From positions 145,036 through 209,035 of the forward strand of contig CACHGK010000001.1 of the NCBI GenBank assembly GCA_902579395.1: a stretch of DNA of 64,000 nt, read 5' to 3'. Shown in pieces: positions 1 to 10,411 of the stretch; the first letter of the stretch is position 1; each line of letters starts with the position of its first letter. The translations under genes were made by a program, and so were the position numbers. Below the pieces are notes generated by a model. The model did no database searches. It worked only from the letters and a program-made list of their open reading frames with translations, and was not told the DNA's origin. This DNA is from an uncultured Alphaproteobacteria bacterium. GTDB taxonomy: Bacteria > Pseudomonadota > Alphaproteobacteria > Methylaequorales > Methylaequoraceae.

Positions 1-661
1 TAATTGTTTCTGATATTGCGTTACAATAATATTCGATTGATCTTATTGCGTCATCATTTCCTGGAATAGGAAAATCAATTCCTTCTGGATCAGAGTTTGA
101 ATCTACAACTGCGACTATTGGAATACCAATTTTATTGGCTTCTTTAACAGCGAGTATTTCCTTATTGGTATCAACTATAAAAAGTAAATCGGGTTTGCCT
201 GACATATTTTTTATACCACCAAGTGCTTTATTAAGTTTTTCTACAGAATTCTCAAAATTTAGAAGTTCTTTCTTAGTGTACGAATTTGCTTTATTGACGA
301 GAATTTCTTCCATCTCCTTAAGTCTTTTTATAGAATTTTGAATTGTATCCCAGTTTGTAAGCATACCTCCAAGCCATCTTTTGTTAATAAAATATTGATT
401 ACAATCTAATGCATATCTTTCAATGATATCTGATGCTTGCCTTTTTGTTCCTACAAAAAGAATGTTTTTACCTTCTTTCGCAGAGCTTTCTACGAACTTT
501 AGAGCTTCATCAAAATATGATACGGTTTTTTGTAGATCTATGATATGGATGCCGTTTCTATGACCAAATATAAAATCAATCATTTTAGGATTCCATCTAT
601 TCGTTCTATGACCAAAATGAACCCCAGCATCGAGTAGATCTTTGATAGAAATTTTTTTCAT
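1..661 (-). CDS. rpsB: 30S ribosomal protein S2 (3' end outside window)
   Basis: Minus-strand ATG (CAT at 659-661) reads MKKISIKDLLDAGVHFGHRTNRWNPKM..., the conserved S2 N-terminus. Further on it reads ...GIPIVAVVDSNSDPEGIDFPIPGNDDAIRS. The ORF runs off the window start, so it is absent from the supplied track. Confidence 0.93.
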   Translation of the reverse strand, partial: MKKISIKDLLDAGVHFGHRTNRWNPKMIDFIFGHRNGIHIIDLQKTVSYFDEALKFVESSAKEGKNILFVGTKRQASDIIERYALDCNQYFINKRWLGGMLTNWDTIQNSIKRLKEMEEILVNKANSYTKKELLNFENSVEKLNKALGGIKNMSGKPDLLFIVDTNKEILAVKEANKIGIPIVAVVDSNSDPEGIDFPIPGNDDAIRSIEYYCNAISETI

Positions 662-681
662 AATATCTCCGGTTGTACATT

Positions 682-714
682 CGTGTAACATTTAGACACC
701 AGAGGTGTTACACG
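682..714 (-). promoter_or_regulatory. Stem-loop between the dnaE stop and the rpsB start (dnaE terminator or rpsB leader structure)
   Basis: cgtgtaaca (682-690) is the exact reverse complement of tgttacacg (706-714), with a 15-nt loop. It contains G/C pairs in an otherwise AT-rich 110-nt spacer. Confidence 0.35.
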
Positions 715-771
715 TTTGAATTAAATCAATTCACTGTTTACATCTTACTAAACTTAAATTCAAGAAAATTT

Positions 772-3700
772 TTAATTAATTTTCTTAATAAAAGTGACTC
801 CGTCTATCGATTTGATTTTATTCATAAAGTCAATATCAATTTTATAATTGTCTTCGCTTTTAATCTCGATTTCTTTGTTTTCTAAAATGAGCTTAAAATT
901 AATCTTATTTGTTCCATTTTTAAAACTTTCTAGTAGAGATTTAAATTTTTGAAAATTTAATTTTCTTGGTTCAAGCATAATTCCATATGTACTATTATCT
1001 TTTATATTTTCTAACTTCCTTATATCACTTACAACTAGTCTTGTAGTATCATTCATTTGTTGATTTGAAATTCTAAAAATATAAATTTCTCCAACTTCAA
1101 GTTCAAAATTTATATTGTCTAAAACTTCAGAAAAACAAATTGCGTCAATATTATAAGTATCATCACTTAAATTAAAAAAATAAAATTTTTTTCCTAATTT
1201 TGTTTTCCTTTCATTTTTATTATTAATCATAGCAATAAATGTATTTATTTTTTTTGATTGTTCGTCTAACTCTAATATACTTAGTTTTTCTAAATCAAAT
1301 ACATCTTGTTCATTATAATTTTGTTTGTAAATTTTTGTTGGATGTTCTGATAAGTAAAATCCAAAAGCCTCTAACTCTTTTTGTAGTCTTTCCTTTAAAT
1401 TCCAATCATTTTTATTTCTTACATGCAAATATTCATTTAAGTCATCATGTTCTGGAAATAAGTTGTTTTGATTCTCATGAAAGTTTTTATGAAAATTTGT
1501 ATTGTATGATAAAATCTTATTTAAATTATCACACAAAAACTTTTGATTCTTTTCTATTGATTTTAATGAATTCGAAAAAATTAAAGCTTCAATAACTTTT
1601 TTATTTAAAACACTATTAGATATTCTTTTTAATAAATCATCTAAATTTTTATAACTTCCGTTTCTCTTCCTTTCCTTAACTAGTTCCAGAATTGAATGTT
1701 CTCCAATATTTTTTATTGCACTAAGACCAAAAATTATACCTAAAGGGTTTTTATCTTGATCATAATTTACAACAAAATTTACATCTGAAGTGTTAATGTC
1801 AGGTTTTTGAATTTTAAATCCGAGTTTTCTAACTTCATTACAATAAATATTAAGTTTATCAAAATTATTGATGTCGCAATTCATTAATGCACAAAAAAAT
1901 TCCATGGGAAAATTCGATTTTAGATATGCAGTTTGATAAGCAATCATGGCATATGCTGCAGCATGACTTTTGTTAAATCCATAACCAGCAAATTTTGCTA
2001 TTTCATTAAAAAGATTTGCTGCTTTATTTTCTTCAATTTTATTTTTTTTACAACCACTTATAAATGCTTCTCTTTGTGCATCCATTTCTGATTTAATTTT
2101 TTTTCCCATTGCTCTTCTTAATAAATCAGCTTTGGCCAAACTAAATCCTGCTAATTTTTGAGCTATTAACATAACTTGTTCCTGATAAACCATAATACCA
2201 TAGGTTTCATCTAAAATTTCCTTTAGATCTTGATGAATATATTCATAACTTTCTTTTTTTTGCTTTCTATTTATGTAGGTAGGTATATTGTCCATTGGAC
2301 CTGGTCTGTATAAAGAAACAATAGCTATTAAATCCTCAAAACGATCAGGTTTAATTTTTACAATTGTTTCCTTCATACCTTGACCTTCTAGTTGAAAAAC
2401 ACCTGTCGTTAGACCCTTTTTCAACATCTCATATGTCACTGAATCAGACAAATCAATAGTATCAATATTTATATCAATACATTTGGCCTTTAGAATCTTG
2501 AGTGTTTCATTAATTACTGTTAAAGTCTTCAATCCAAGAAAATCAAATTTTATAAGACCTATTTTTTCAACATATTTCATAGAAAATTGTGTAATTGGAA
2601 TTTCAGATTTTACATCTTTATATAATGGGATTGTTTCATTTAAAGGATTTTCTGCAATCACTATTCCAGCAGCATGAGTTGATGCATGTCTTAAAAGTCC
2701 CTCAATATTTGAAGATATTTCAAATAGATTTTGGATGTTTATATCATTTTTAATCATTTTTTTTATTTGTTTATTTTCAGTCAGAAAATCCTTTATGCTT
2801 ATGGGATTTGCAGGATTATATGGTATCATTTTACAGATATCATCAACCATTGTTAATGGCAATTGGATTACTCTTCCTACATCTCTTAATGCTGCTCTTG
2901 CTTGGAAAGAACCGAAGGTTATTATCTGCGCTACATTGAGAAGACCATATTTTTTTTGAACATATTTTATAACATCATCCCTTTTATCCATACAAAAATC
3001 TATGTCAAAGTCAGGTAAGGAAATTCTTTCAGGATTTAAGAATCTTTCAAAAATCAAACCAAATTTTAAAGGGTCTAAATTAGTTATTGATAGACACCAA
3101 GCAACTAGGGATCCAGCTCCAGAACCCCTACCAGGACCAACTGGAATCATATTATTCTTAGCCCAGTTTATAAAATCTGATACAATTAAAAAGTAACTAG
3201 AATAACCCATTTTAACAATTATATTGAGTTCAAAATTTAACCTCTTTTTATATTCCTCTTTTTTTTCAAAAAGACTATTTTCTTTTAATCTTTTTTCTAA
3301 TCCTTGTTCTGAAATATTCCTAAGCATTGTGTTTTCATCAAATCTATCTGATTTTATTTTTGGTAAGTTTGGTGGCTTTTCTTCTAAAAAAAATGAACAT
3401 TTTTTTGCAATTCTAACTGTGTTAGCGATAGCCTGAGGAATATCGCTAAAATTAGTGACCATTTCTTCAACGCTTTTTAAATAAAATTCTTTTTCACTTT
3501 TTATCCTATCATCACTATCCACGTATTTCTGTTGAGAAATACTTAACAGTGCATCATGTGTTTTAAAGAAATCTTCTTTATAAAAAAAATTTTCATTTGT
3601 AGCAACCAACGGTATTCCCATATTTGATGAGAAATCAATAAGATGTTTTTCATTAATTGATGAATCATTTCTATATCTTTGTATTTCAAGAAAAAAATCA

Positions 3701-4188
3701 TTGGTAAAAATTTGATTTAAAACTTGAATAAGCTCTTTAGAGAGAATGTGACTTTCATTTAAATTTTTAGTTATTATTCCAAACTTTCCGCCACCGAGAC
3801 AGATTAGCCCTTTACTGTATTTTTTTAAATCCTCAATTAAGATATATGGACTATTTATTTCTAGATTATTAAGGTAAGAATGTGAAATTAATTTAACAAG
3901 ATTCTTGTATCCAATTTCATTTTTACAAAGTAATAGTAAATATCCATTCTTAAATTTTTTATCTCTTAAAAAAATATTTGTACCTATAATTGGCTGAATT
4001 CCATTTTTAACAGTCTCCAAACAAAATTCAAGAGATCCAAATAAGTTGTCAAAATCAGTTATAGCCGTTGCTGGTATATTTTGATTTTTGCAAAAATCAA
4101 TTAATTCACTTATCCTTAAGGCACCTCTTGAAAGTGAATATTGAGAATAATTTCTAAGATGAACAAATTCAATTGCTTTCAAGCTCAA
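772..4188 (-). CDS. dnaE: DNA polymerase III alpha subunit
   Basis: 1138-aa ORF with an N-terminal PHP domain (FVHLRNYSQYSL). Core motifs GPGRGSGAGSLVAWCLSIT, LPDFDIDF and FNKSHAAAYA are present. Confidence 0.96.
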   Translation of the reverse strand: MSLKAIEFVHLRNYSQYSLSRGALRISELIDFCKNQNIPATAITDFDNLFGSLEFCLETVKNGIQPIIGTNIFLRDKKFKNGYLLLLCKNEIGYKNLVKLISHSYLNNLEINSPYILIEDLKKYSKGLICLGGGKFGIITKNLNESHILSKELIQVLNQIFTNDFFLEIQRYRNDSSINEKHLIDFSSNMGIPLVATNENFFYKEDFFKTHDALLSISQQKYVDSDDRIKSEKEFYLKSVEEMVTNFSDIPQAIANTVRIAKKCSFFLEEKPPNLPKIKSDRFDENTMLRNISEQGLEKRLKENSLFEKKEEYKKRLNFELNIIVKMGYSSYFLIVSDFINWAKNNMIPVGPGRGSGAGSLVAWCLSITNLDPLKFGLIFERFLNPERISLPDFDIDFCMDKRDDVIKYVQKKYGLLNVAQIITFGSFQARAALRDVGRVIQLPLTMVDDICKMIPYNPANPISIKDFLTENKQIKKMIKNDINIQNLFEISSNIEGLLRHASTHAAGIVIAENPLNETIPLYKDVKSEIPITQFSMKYVEKIGLIKFDFLGLKTLTVINETLKILKAKCIDINIDTIDLSDSVTYEMLKKGLTTGVFQLEGQGMKETIVKIKPDRFEDLIAIVSLYRPGPMDNIPTYINRKQKKESYEYIHQDLKEILDETYGIMVYQEQVMLIAQKLAGFSLAKADLLRRAMGKKIKSEMDAQREAFISGCKKNKIEENKAANLFNEIAKFAGYGFNKSHAAAYAMIAYQTAYLKSNFPMEFFCALMNCDINNFDKLNIYCNEVRKLGFKIQKPDINTSDVNFVVNYDQDKNPLGIIFGLSAIKNIGEHSILELVKERKRNGSYKNLDDLLKRISNSVLNKKVIEALIFSNSLKSIEKNQKFLCDNLNKILSYNTNFHKNFHENQNNLFPEHDDLNEYLHVRNKNDWNLKERLQKELEAFGFYLSEHPTKIYKQNYNEQDVFDLEKLSILELDEQSKKINTFIAMINNKNERKTKLGKKFYFFNLSDDTYNIDAICFSEVLDNINFELEVGEIYIFRISNQQMNDTTRLVVSDIRKLENIKDNSTYGIMLEPRKLNFQKFKSLLESFKNGTNKINFKLILENKEIEIKSEDNYKIDIDFMNKIKSIDGVTFIKKIN

Positions 4189-4846
4189 CCAACTTTCCTC
4201 TATTTATTTTAAAAGATTTATCTAACTTTTTTATTAAATTGAGATTATGAGTTGCAAATATCGTCAAGATATTTTTCTTTTTTGATAAATCAATTATAAA
4301 GTCCATCACAATATTAGTATTTTGATTATCTAAACTTCCAGTTGGTTCGTCTGCCAATAAAATTGATGGATTTTTTATCAATGCCCTAGCGATTGCTACT
4401 CTTTGTTGCTCACCACCGGATAATAAACCAGGTTTAAATTTTTTTCTATCTAATATACCAAGTAGCTTTAAATAGTCATTTGCCTTTGCAATTGATTTTG
4501 TAAAAGAAACACCATCAAGAATAAGTGGTAATGCAACATTTTCTTCGACATTGAAATCCTCTAAAAGTTGATTATTTTGAAAAATAAAACCAATATTATT
4601 TTTTCTAAAAATTACTTTTTCCTCAGCTTTTAATTTTTGACAATCTACTCCTGAAATTTCTATTTTTCCTGAAATGGGAATCTCCAAAAGTGCAATTATA
4701 TTAAGAAGGGTCGATTTTCCTGAACCAGAGGGTCCAATAATACCAATATTTTCATTTTGATTTACTTGTAAATTTAAGTTATCTAAAACTGTAATAGAAG
4801 ATTCTCCCTGGGAATATGTCTGAACTATCTCTTTTAAATTTATCAA
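4169..4846 (-). CDS. lolD: Lipoprotein-releasing system ATP-binding protein
   Basis: Walker A GPSGSGKST, ABC signature LSGGEQQRVAIARAL and Walker B LLADEPT. It lies directly downstream of a LolC/E-type permease gene. Confidence 0.85.
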   Translation of the reverse strand: MINLKEIVQTYSQGESSITVLDNLNLQVNQNENIGIIGPSGSGKSTLLNIIALLEIPISGKIEISGVDCQKLKAEEKVIFRKNNIGFIFQNNQLLEDFNVEENVALPLILDGVSFTKSIAKANDYLKLLGILDRKKFKPGLLSGGEQQRVAIARALIKNPSILLADEPTGSLDNQNTNIVMDFIIDLSKKKNILTIFATHNLNLIKKLDKSFKINRGKLVELESN

Positions 4847-4847
4847 T

Positions 4848-6095
4848 TTAGTCCCATTTAATAAGATTTATTGGTTGAATTTTAGTTGCTCTTATCGCTG
4901 GATAGATTGTAGCAATAAATGAGAGAAAAAGTGAGATACAAACTATTCTTAAAATTTGATTTAAATCAAGAATTATTGGTAAGTTTGAAAAAAAATATAT
5001 TTCCTCTGAAAATAAATTGGAACCTAAAAATAATTCAAAAAATGATTTGATTTCATTTATGTTCAAACAAAACAAAAATCCAAGTACCAAGCCTAAGACA
5101 GTACCCATAAACCCAATAAAAAAACCGTTAATAATAAAAATTTTTAATATTTGTGATTTTGAAACTCCAATGACCCTTAAAACACCAATATCCTTCTCTT
5201 TCGTGGATACTAAAATCATCATTGAAGAAATAAGATTAAATGCAGCTACAATAATAATTAATAAAAGTATTATAAACATTACATTTCTTTCAACCTCTAT
5301 TGCATTGAATAGTGAGGGATTTAATTCTCTCCAATCTACAATTCTAAAGTATTCTGGTAAGGAAATCTTAATTTTTTCTTTAATTTTGCTTATATCTTCA
5401 AAATTTTCTACCATTATTTCGTAATGATCAATTTTTTTTCCATAATTTAAAAATTTTTGCATTATTTCAATTGGAAAGAATATTAAAGAAGTATCGTATT
5501 CATACATTCCAACATCGAAAAAACCTATAACCTTAAAGTTTGCTGACCTAGGAACATTCCCAATAAATGTCTCATAGTTTTTTGGAGATAAAACTGTTAA
5601 AAAATCACCCTCTTTCAAACCCAATTTTTTTCTTAATTTTTCTCCTATCAGTACACCCTCATTATTTCTGAACTTATTTAGAGATTCATCTGTAATTTTT
5701 TTTGTAAAGATTTCTCTATCTTCAAAATATTTTGAAGAAACACCTTTTTTTAGTATGCCGTTTGAGTATCCCTTATAAGTCATTAAACCCTGACTAAGAA
5801 TAATATTATGAATCTTTATATTTTTAAAATTATCTGAAATAGTCTTTCCAAAGTTATCAGTGTTTTGTATTCCTTCATTAAATATTGATTTTATTTTCAA
5901 ATGTCCATTGATACCAAGAACCTTTGAGGTAAGTTCTTCACGAAAACCATTCATAACTGACATTACAATTATTAGTGTTGCCACACCCAATGAAATACCA
6001 AAAAAAGAAAATAATGTAATAAGTGAAAAAAATTTTTCTCTTGTTTTTGGAAAGAGATATTTAGATGAAACCCAAAATTCAAAAAAAGAAATCAT
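4848..6095 (-). CDS. lolC: Lipoprotein-releasing system permease (LolC/LolE family)
   Basis: 415 aa with the MacB/FtsX topology: an N-terminal TM helix, a large periplasmic loop and a C-terminal 3-TM FtsX domain. It is adjacent to lolD. Confidence 0.85.
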   Translation of the reverse strand: MISFFEFWVSSKYLFPKTREKFFSLITLFSFFGISLGVATLIIVMSVMNGFREELTSKVLGINGHLKIKSIFNEGIQNTDNFGKTISDNFKNIKIHNIILSQGLMTYKGYSNGILKKGVSSKYFEDREIFTKKITDESLNKFRNNEGVLIGEKLRKKLGLKEGDFLTVLSPKNYETFIGNVPRSANFKVIGFFDVGMYEYDTSLIFFPIEIMQKFLNYGKKIDHYEIMVENFEDISKIKEKIKISLPEYFRIVDWRELNPSLFNAIEVERNVMFIILLLIIIVAAFNLISSMMILVSTKEKDIGVLRVIGVSKSQILKIFIINGFFIGFMGTVLGLVLGFLFCLNINEIKSFFELFLGSNLFSEEIYFFSNLPIILDLNQILRIVCISLFLSFIATIYPAIRATKIQPINLIKWD

Positions 6096-7378
6096 ATCTT
6101 ACTTATTATTTTATTTAATTCTGGCATTAACTCTAAAGCATCAATTGTTATTTCATTCTTATCACTCCTTTTTACAACACTAATTTTTTTTTCCTTTTTA
6201 TACGCATTGCCACAAATAATCTGGATTGGAGTGCCTATTAAATCAGCATCAGAAAACTTTTTTCCGGGTCTTTCTAATCTATCATCATAAATTACATCAA
6301 ATCCATTTTTTATTAATTTTTCATAATTTTTATCACAAAATAGTTTTGTCTCTTCGTCTTCACTCAATAAATTAATCAATTGAATAGAAAATGGAGAAAG
6401 AGACTTTGACCATTTTATTCCATTTTCATCATTCGAATACTCAATAAATGCTGCCGGTATCCTAGACACACCAATCCCATATGACCCCATAAATGGTTGA
6501 ATCTTTCCATTATCAGAATCAACATGAAAATTAAATGATCTAGAATACTTAGTTCCAAATAGAAAAATATGACCTAATTCAATGCTTCTGTATTTTTTTA
6601 ACTTTTTTTCAAAATTATTTTTGGTGTAAAAATCATCTGTGTAAGATTCAAGTTTTAAGATCTCCTGTAATGTAAATTTATTAAAATTTAGATCAAGTAT
6701 CTTATCATTTATATAAATTTCGGATTCTCCAGATTCAACTATCAAGTGGAACTCATGAGATAGATTTCCTCCTATTTCTCCACTAGGTGCACGTACTGGA
6801 ATCACTGGGATATTTAATTTTTCAAATATTTTCAAATACAACATAAAAAATTCTAAGTATGTTTTTTCTCCATTCTCCTCATTAATATCAAAACTATATG
6901 CATCTTTCATAAGAAACTCTCTAGCTCTCATAACTCCAAATCTTGGTCTTATTTCATCTCTAAATTTACTTTGAATATGAAAAAATTTCCTAGGTAAATT
7001 TTTATAACTTTTTATATACTGCCTCCCAATTGTTGTAATCATTTCTTCATTTGTAGGTCCATACAAAAGGTCCTTATTGTTTCTATCATTAATTCTAAGC
7101 ATTTCTTTTCCATAAGTTTCATACCTATCACTCTCTTTCCAAATATCTGCACTTTGAATAGTAGGCATAAGTATTTGATTAACACCGTTTTTTTTATGAA
7201 TTTCCTCAATAACAGTTATAATCTTACTCAAAACTCTGTATCCTAGTGGTAACCAACTATAAATTCCTGTTGTTTCTTGCCTGATCATCCCTGAACGTAT
7301 CATCAGATTATGTGATTTCATTTTCACATCGCTTGGCACTTCTTTCAAAGTTGGTATAAAAAAATTAGAAAATTTCAT
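6092..7378 (-). CDS. proS: Prolyl-tRNA synthetase (short form without editing insertion)
   Basis: 428 aa with class II aaRS motifs (FRDEIRPRFGVMRAREFLMKDAYSF; GSYGIGVSR). Confidence 0.93.
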   Translation of the reverse strand: MKFSNFFIPTLKEVPSDVKMKSHNLMIRSGMIRQETTGIYSWLPLGYRVLSKIITVIEEIHKKNGVNQILMPTIQSADIWKESDRYETYGKEMLRINDRNNKDLLYGPTNEEMITTIGRQYIKSYKNLPRKFFHIQSKFRDEIRPRFGVMRAREFLMKDAYSFDINEENGEKTYLEFFMLYLKIFEKLNIPVIPVRAPSGEIGGNLSHEFHLIVESGESEIYINDKILDLNFNKFTLQEILKLESYTDDFYTKNNFEKKLKKYRSIELGHIFLFGTKYSRSFNFHVDSDNGKIQPFMGSYGIGVSRIPAAFIEYSNDENGIKWSKSLSPFSIQLINLLSEDEETKLFCDKNYEKLIKNGFDVIYDDRLERPGKKFSDADLIGTPIQIICGNAYKKEKKISVVKRSDKNEITIDALELMPELNKIISKI

Positions 7379-7583
7379 TTTTTAAAATTGAAACTATTAT
7401 TGATAGAAAAAAAGAGATGATGGTTGTAAAAAATATCTTTTTTTTTAGCATTGGATTTTTTGGAGCTCCTGGATCATTCCCTTTAGCAACATTATTATCC
7501 TTTTGGACTCCAATAGGAAGAGCCAAAAACAAAACTAACCACCAAATAATTACAAAAATTACTATAATTTCTAAACCAAACAT
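7365..7583 (-). CDS. Small membrane protein, DUF1467 family
   Basis: 72 aa with two TM helices. The central GNDPGAPKNP motif and the position between mce and proS are typical of alphaproteobacterial DUF1467 (recognition from memory). Confidence 0.7.
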   Translation of the reverse strand: MFGLEIIVIFVIIWWLVLFLALPIGVQKDNNVAKGNDPGAPKNPMLKKKIFFTTIISFFLSIIVSILKNEIF

Positions 7584-7584
7584 T

Positions 7585-7989
7585 TTATTCTTGTTGAAGT
7601 TCTATCAATGTACCGTAAAAATCTTTTGGGTGTAAAAATATTACAGGTTTATTGTGCGCACCATTTTTTGGTTCCTCGTCACCGAGAATTGTTATCCCAT
7701 GTAATTTTAAATTTTTACAACAAGATTTTATATCTTTTACTTCTAGACATATGTGATGAATTGCACCTCCACTATTCTTTTCCAAGAATTTTTTTATTGG
7801 TGAATTATTTCCATATGGATGCATTAATTCAATCTTTGTATTTTCAAGTTCAACAAAAACTACGCTTACCCCATGCTCTGAATAATCAGATATTGACGAA
7901 ACTTTTGCACCAAGTATCTTTTCATACTTACGAGCTGCTGCATACAAATCCGGAACTACTATTGCAACATGATTAAATTTTGTTATCAT
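7585..7989 (-). CDS. mce: Methylmalonyl-CoA epimerase (glyoxalase/VOC fold)
   Basis: 134 aa with FNHVAIVVPDL, IELMHPYGNNSPIKKFL, GGAIHHICLEV and PVIFLHPKDFYGTLIELQQ. Confidence 0.88.
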   Translation of the reverse strand: MITKFNHVAIVVPDLYAAARKYEKILGAKVSSISDYSEHGVSVVFVELENTKIELMHPYGNNSPIKKFLEKNSGGAIHHICLEVKDIKSCCKNLKLHGITILGDEEPKNGAHNKPVIFLHPKDFYGTLIELQQE

Positions 7990-8003
7990 TTTTTTATTAT
8001 ATT

Positions 8004-9653
8004 CTATATTCTTACAATCTCAATAAAGGTTAATGGTTTTAGTCCAACTTTATTTTTTAAAAAGCTCCTTACAAAAATCTTGATATGATCCCGCAGTAAA
8101 TTATCATCTAAACTTTTTTTACATAAGTTTATAAATTCCTCTGTTATTTTTAATCTAAGTTCTGATATAGAGCTTTCTTCAATTGGAACTGATGGACAGA
8201 AAATTACAGGATCAGAAAGTAGTTTATCATTTAAGTCTGATATTATATTAATAAAAATCTCACCTTCAGTGTTAATAATATTTAAATCACTTAAATATTT
8301 ATCATTTAATGAAATTATTTTATTTCCCTTTAAAACTGTTCTACCTGAGTTAATTCTCCCAACTATTTCTCTACTTTTACCTTTATCTAGATTTACCAAA
8401 TCACCGTTTTCAACTAAAATTTGATGTTTAATACCCATTTTTTTTGAAAATCTTATATGTTCCTCTAGATGTCTATATTCTCCATGGACAGGTATTAGCA
8501 AGTCAGGAGAAACCCACTCATACATCTCCTTTAATTCTTCTTTTGAGGGATGTCCAGAAACATGAACTTTTGAATTAGTATGATCTAACAATAGACAACC
8601 TTTCTTTTTTACAACTGATTTTACCATATTGATCTTTTTTTCATTTCCTGGTATTTCTCTAGATGAAAAAATAACAAGGTCCTTATTTTTAAGTTCTAAG
8701 AATTTATGATTATTATTAATCAATCGACTCAAAGCTGCTCTACTTTCACCTTGACTGCCAGTACAAATAATAACAAGATTTTCATCAGGAATTATTTTTG
8801 CATCTTTCTCAGATACAATATTTTCAAATTCTGTAAGTAAATTATTTTCTCTTGCAGACTCAAAAATTCTTTTTAAAGATCTACCAAGTAGCAAACAACA
8901 CTTCTTTAATTCGGAAGAAACTTTTAGTATTGTTTCAATTCTAGCAATATTAGATGCAAAGCAGGTAACTATTATTTTTCCAGAGTTATGCTCTTTAAAA
9001 ATTGTTCTAAAATTCTTGCGCACCTCTCCTTCACTTCCTGATGGTTTTGCATTAAATATATTGGTTGAATCACAAATCATTATATCAACTTTATCTTTAA
9101 CTTTCTTTTTTAAGTAGTCACAATCTATTGGATCCCCAATAAGGGGAGTTGGATCAATTTTCCAGTCACCTGTATGAAAAATATTTCCATTTTCAGTTTT
9201 TATCAACATTGCACTTGACTCTGGAATCGAATGAGTCATGGAAAACAATTGAATTGAAAAGGGTCCCAACTCGAATTGATTTCCATATGTTAAAATATTA
9301 ATATCTACATTTTTCATACCCATCGATTCAAACTTTCTTCTCAGAACCGATGCAGTAAAAGAAGTTGTGTAAATAGGTGTTTTTCCCAATTTATCATATA
9401 AATAGGGAACTGCTCCAATATGATCTTCATGGGCATGAGTTAGAATTATAGCTGAGAGTTTATCAATTTTATCTTCTAAAAATTCAATTTTTGGTAATAT
9501 TAAATCATAAGCTCCTAATTCATTGTCATTAAAAGTAACTCCCAGATCAATCATTATCCAATGATTTTTGAAATGAATTAGATTGCAATTCATACCGATT
9601 TCACCAGAACCGCCTAAAGGAACAAAAATTAAGTTGTCTTTTGAATATTTCAT
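8004..9653 (-). CDS. rnj: Ribonuclease J (metallo-beta-lactamase/beta-CASP)
   Basis: 549 aa with HAHEDHIG, beta-CASP region motifs and VHVSGHPSKEEL. Confidence 0.9.
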   Translation of the reverse strand: MKYSKDNLIFVPLGGSGEIGMNCNLIHFKNHWIMIDLGVTFNDNELGAYDLILPKIEFLEDKIDKLSAIILTHAHEDHIGAVPYLYDKLGKTPIYTTSFTASVLRRKFESMGMKNVDINILTYGNQFELGPFSIQLFSMTHSIPESSAMLIKTENGNIFHTGDWKIDPTPLIGDPIDCDYLKKKVKDKVDIMICDSTNIFNAKPSGSEGEVRKNFRTIFKEHNSGKIIVTCFASNIARIETILKVSSELKKCCLLLGRSLKRIFESARENNLLTEFENIVSEKDAKIIPDENLVIICTGSQGESRAALSRLINNNHKFLELKNKDLVIFSSREIPGNEKKINMVKSVVKKKGCLLLDHTNSKVHVSGHPSKEELKEMYEWVSPDLLIPVHGEYRHLEEHIRFSKKMGIKHQILVENGDLVNLDKGKSREIVGRINSGRTVLKGNKIISLNDKYLSDLNIINTEGEIFINIISDLNDKLLSDPVIFCPSVPIEESSISELRLKITEEFINLCKKSLDDNLLRDHIKIFVRSFLKNKVGLKPLTFIEIVRI

Positions 9654-10411
9654 GATAATTTTTTCAAATAATTATTCATAATAAAATTTAAACCCTTTGA
9701 ATTAAAATACTCATCAATTTTTATTGCATTTTTAAATGCACTTTTAAAAAATCTGGCATGTCCTCCTGTAATAATTAATTTAAAAGTATATTTTTTTTCT
9801 AACTCAATTTTGTGAACTAAACCTTTTATCATAGAGATATAACCCCAAAAAAAGCCGGAGCGAATTGCCTCTACAGTATTTTTACCAACTATTCTTTTGG
9901 TCTTTCTAAATTTGACTAATGGAAGTTTAGCAGTTCCAATATGAAGTGACTTTAGAGATAAATCAATCCCAGGCGTTATTATGCCCCCGTCATATATACC
10001 GAATTTATCCAAAACATCAATTGTTGTTGCAGTTCCAAAATCAATGACAATTACGGATTTCAGGTATAAATTTTTCGCATAAATTACATTTACAAGTCTA
10101 TCATCTCCAATATTTTTTTTGTTAATAATATTTGTTTTTAAATCAAAACATTTAATTAAATCTCCAACATAATAAAAATGTATCTTTTTATTTTTTAAGA
10201 CTGAAATAATTAGTTTTGTAACGTTTGGAACTACAGAAGAAACGATAACATTCATTTGGTCTGATTTAAATTTAATTTTTTTCAAATAGTCTAAAAAGTA
10301 ATTTTTATTTAAATCAGATGTATTAAAAGAAAATGAATTAATTTTTAATTTATTTCTGAAACAACAAATCATAACATTTGAATTTCCAATATCAATTGTA
10401 AGATTTATCAA
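9650..10411 (-). CDS. coaX: Type III pantothenate kinase
   Basis: 253 aa with the N-terminal IDIGNSN phosphate-1 motif, VIDFGTATTIDV and ITGGHA. Confidence 0.9.
   Translation of the reverse strand: MINLTIDIGNSNVMICCFRNKLKINSFSFNTSDLNKNYFLDYLKKIKFKSDQMNVIVSSVVPNVTKLIISVLKNKKIHFYYVGDLIKCFDLKTNIINKKNIGDDRLVNVIYAKNLYLKSVIVIDFGTATTIDVLDKFGIYDGGIITPGIDLSLKSLHIGTAKLPLVKFRKTKRIVGKNTVEAIRSGFFWGYISMIKGLVHKIELEKKYTFKLIITGGHARFFKSAFKNAIKIDEYFNSKGLNFIMNNYLKKLS

Noticed and set aside
135-341. 68-aa plus-strand ORF in the supplied track. The ORF at 673..885 is a similar case.
   Set aside because: 135..341 lies entirely antisense to the clearly recognisable rpsB coding sequence. 673..885 spans the dnaE 3' end and the spacer, has a low-complexity translation, and shows no start context.
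1239-3436. Several 64-118-aa plus-strand ORFs (1239..1595, 2483..2677, 2735..2959, 3002..3196, 3224..3436).
   Set aside because: All are antisense to dnaE, whose 1138-aa product has unmistakable pol III alpha motifs. These shadow ORFs encode Phe/Leu/Ile/Ser-rich low-complexity translations.
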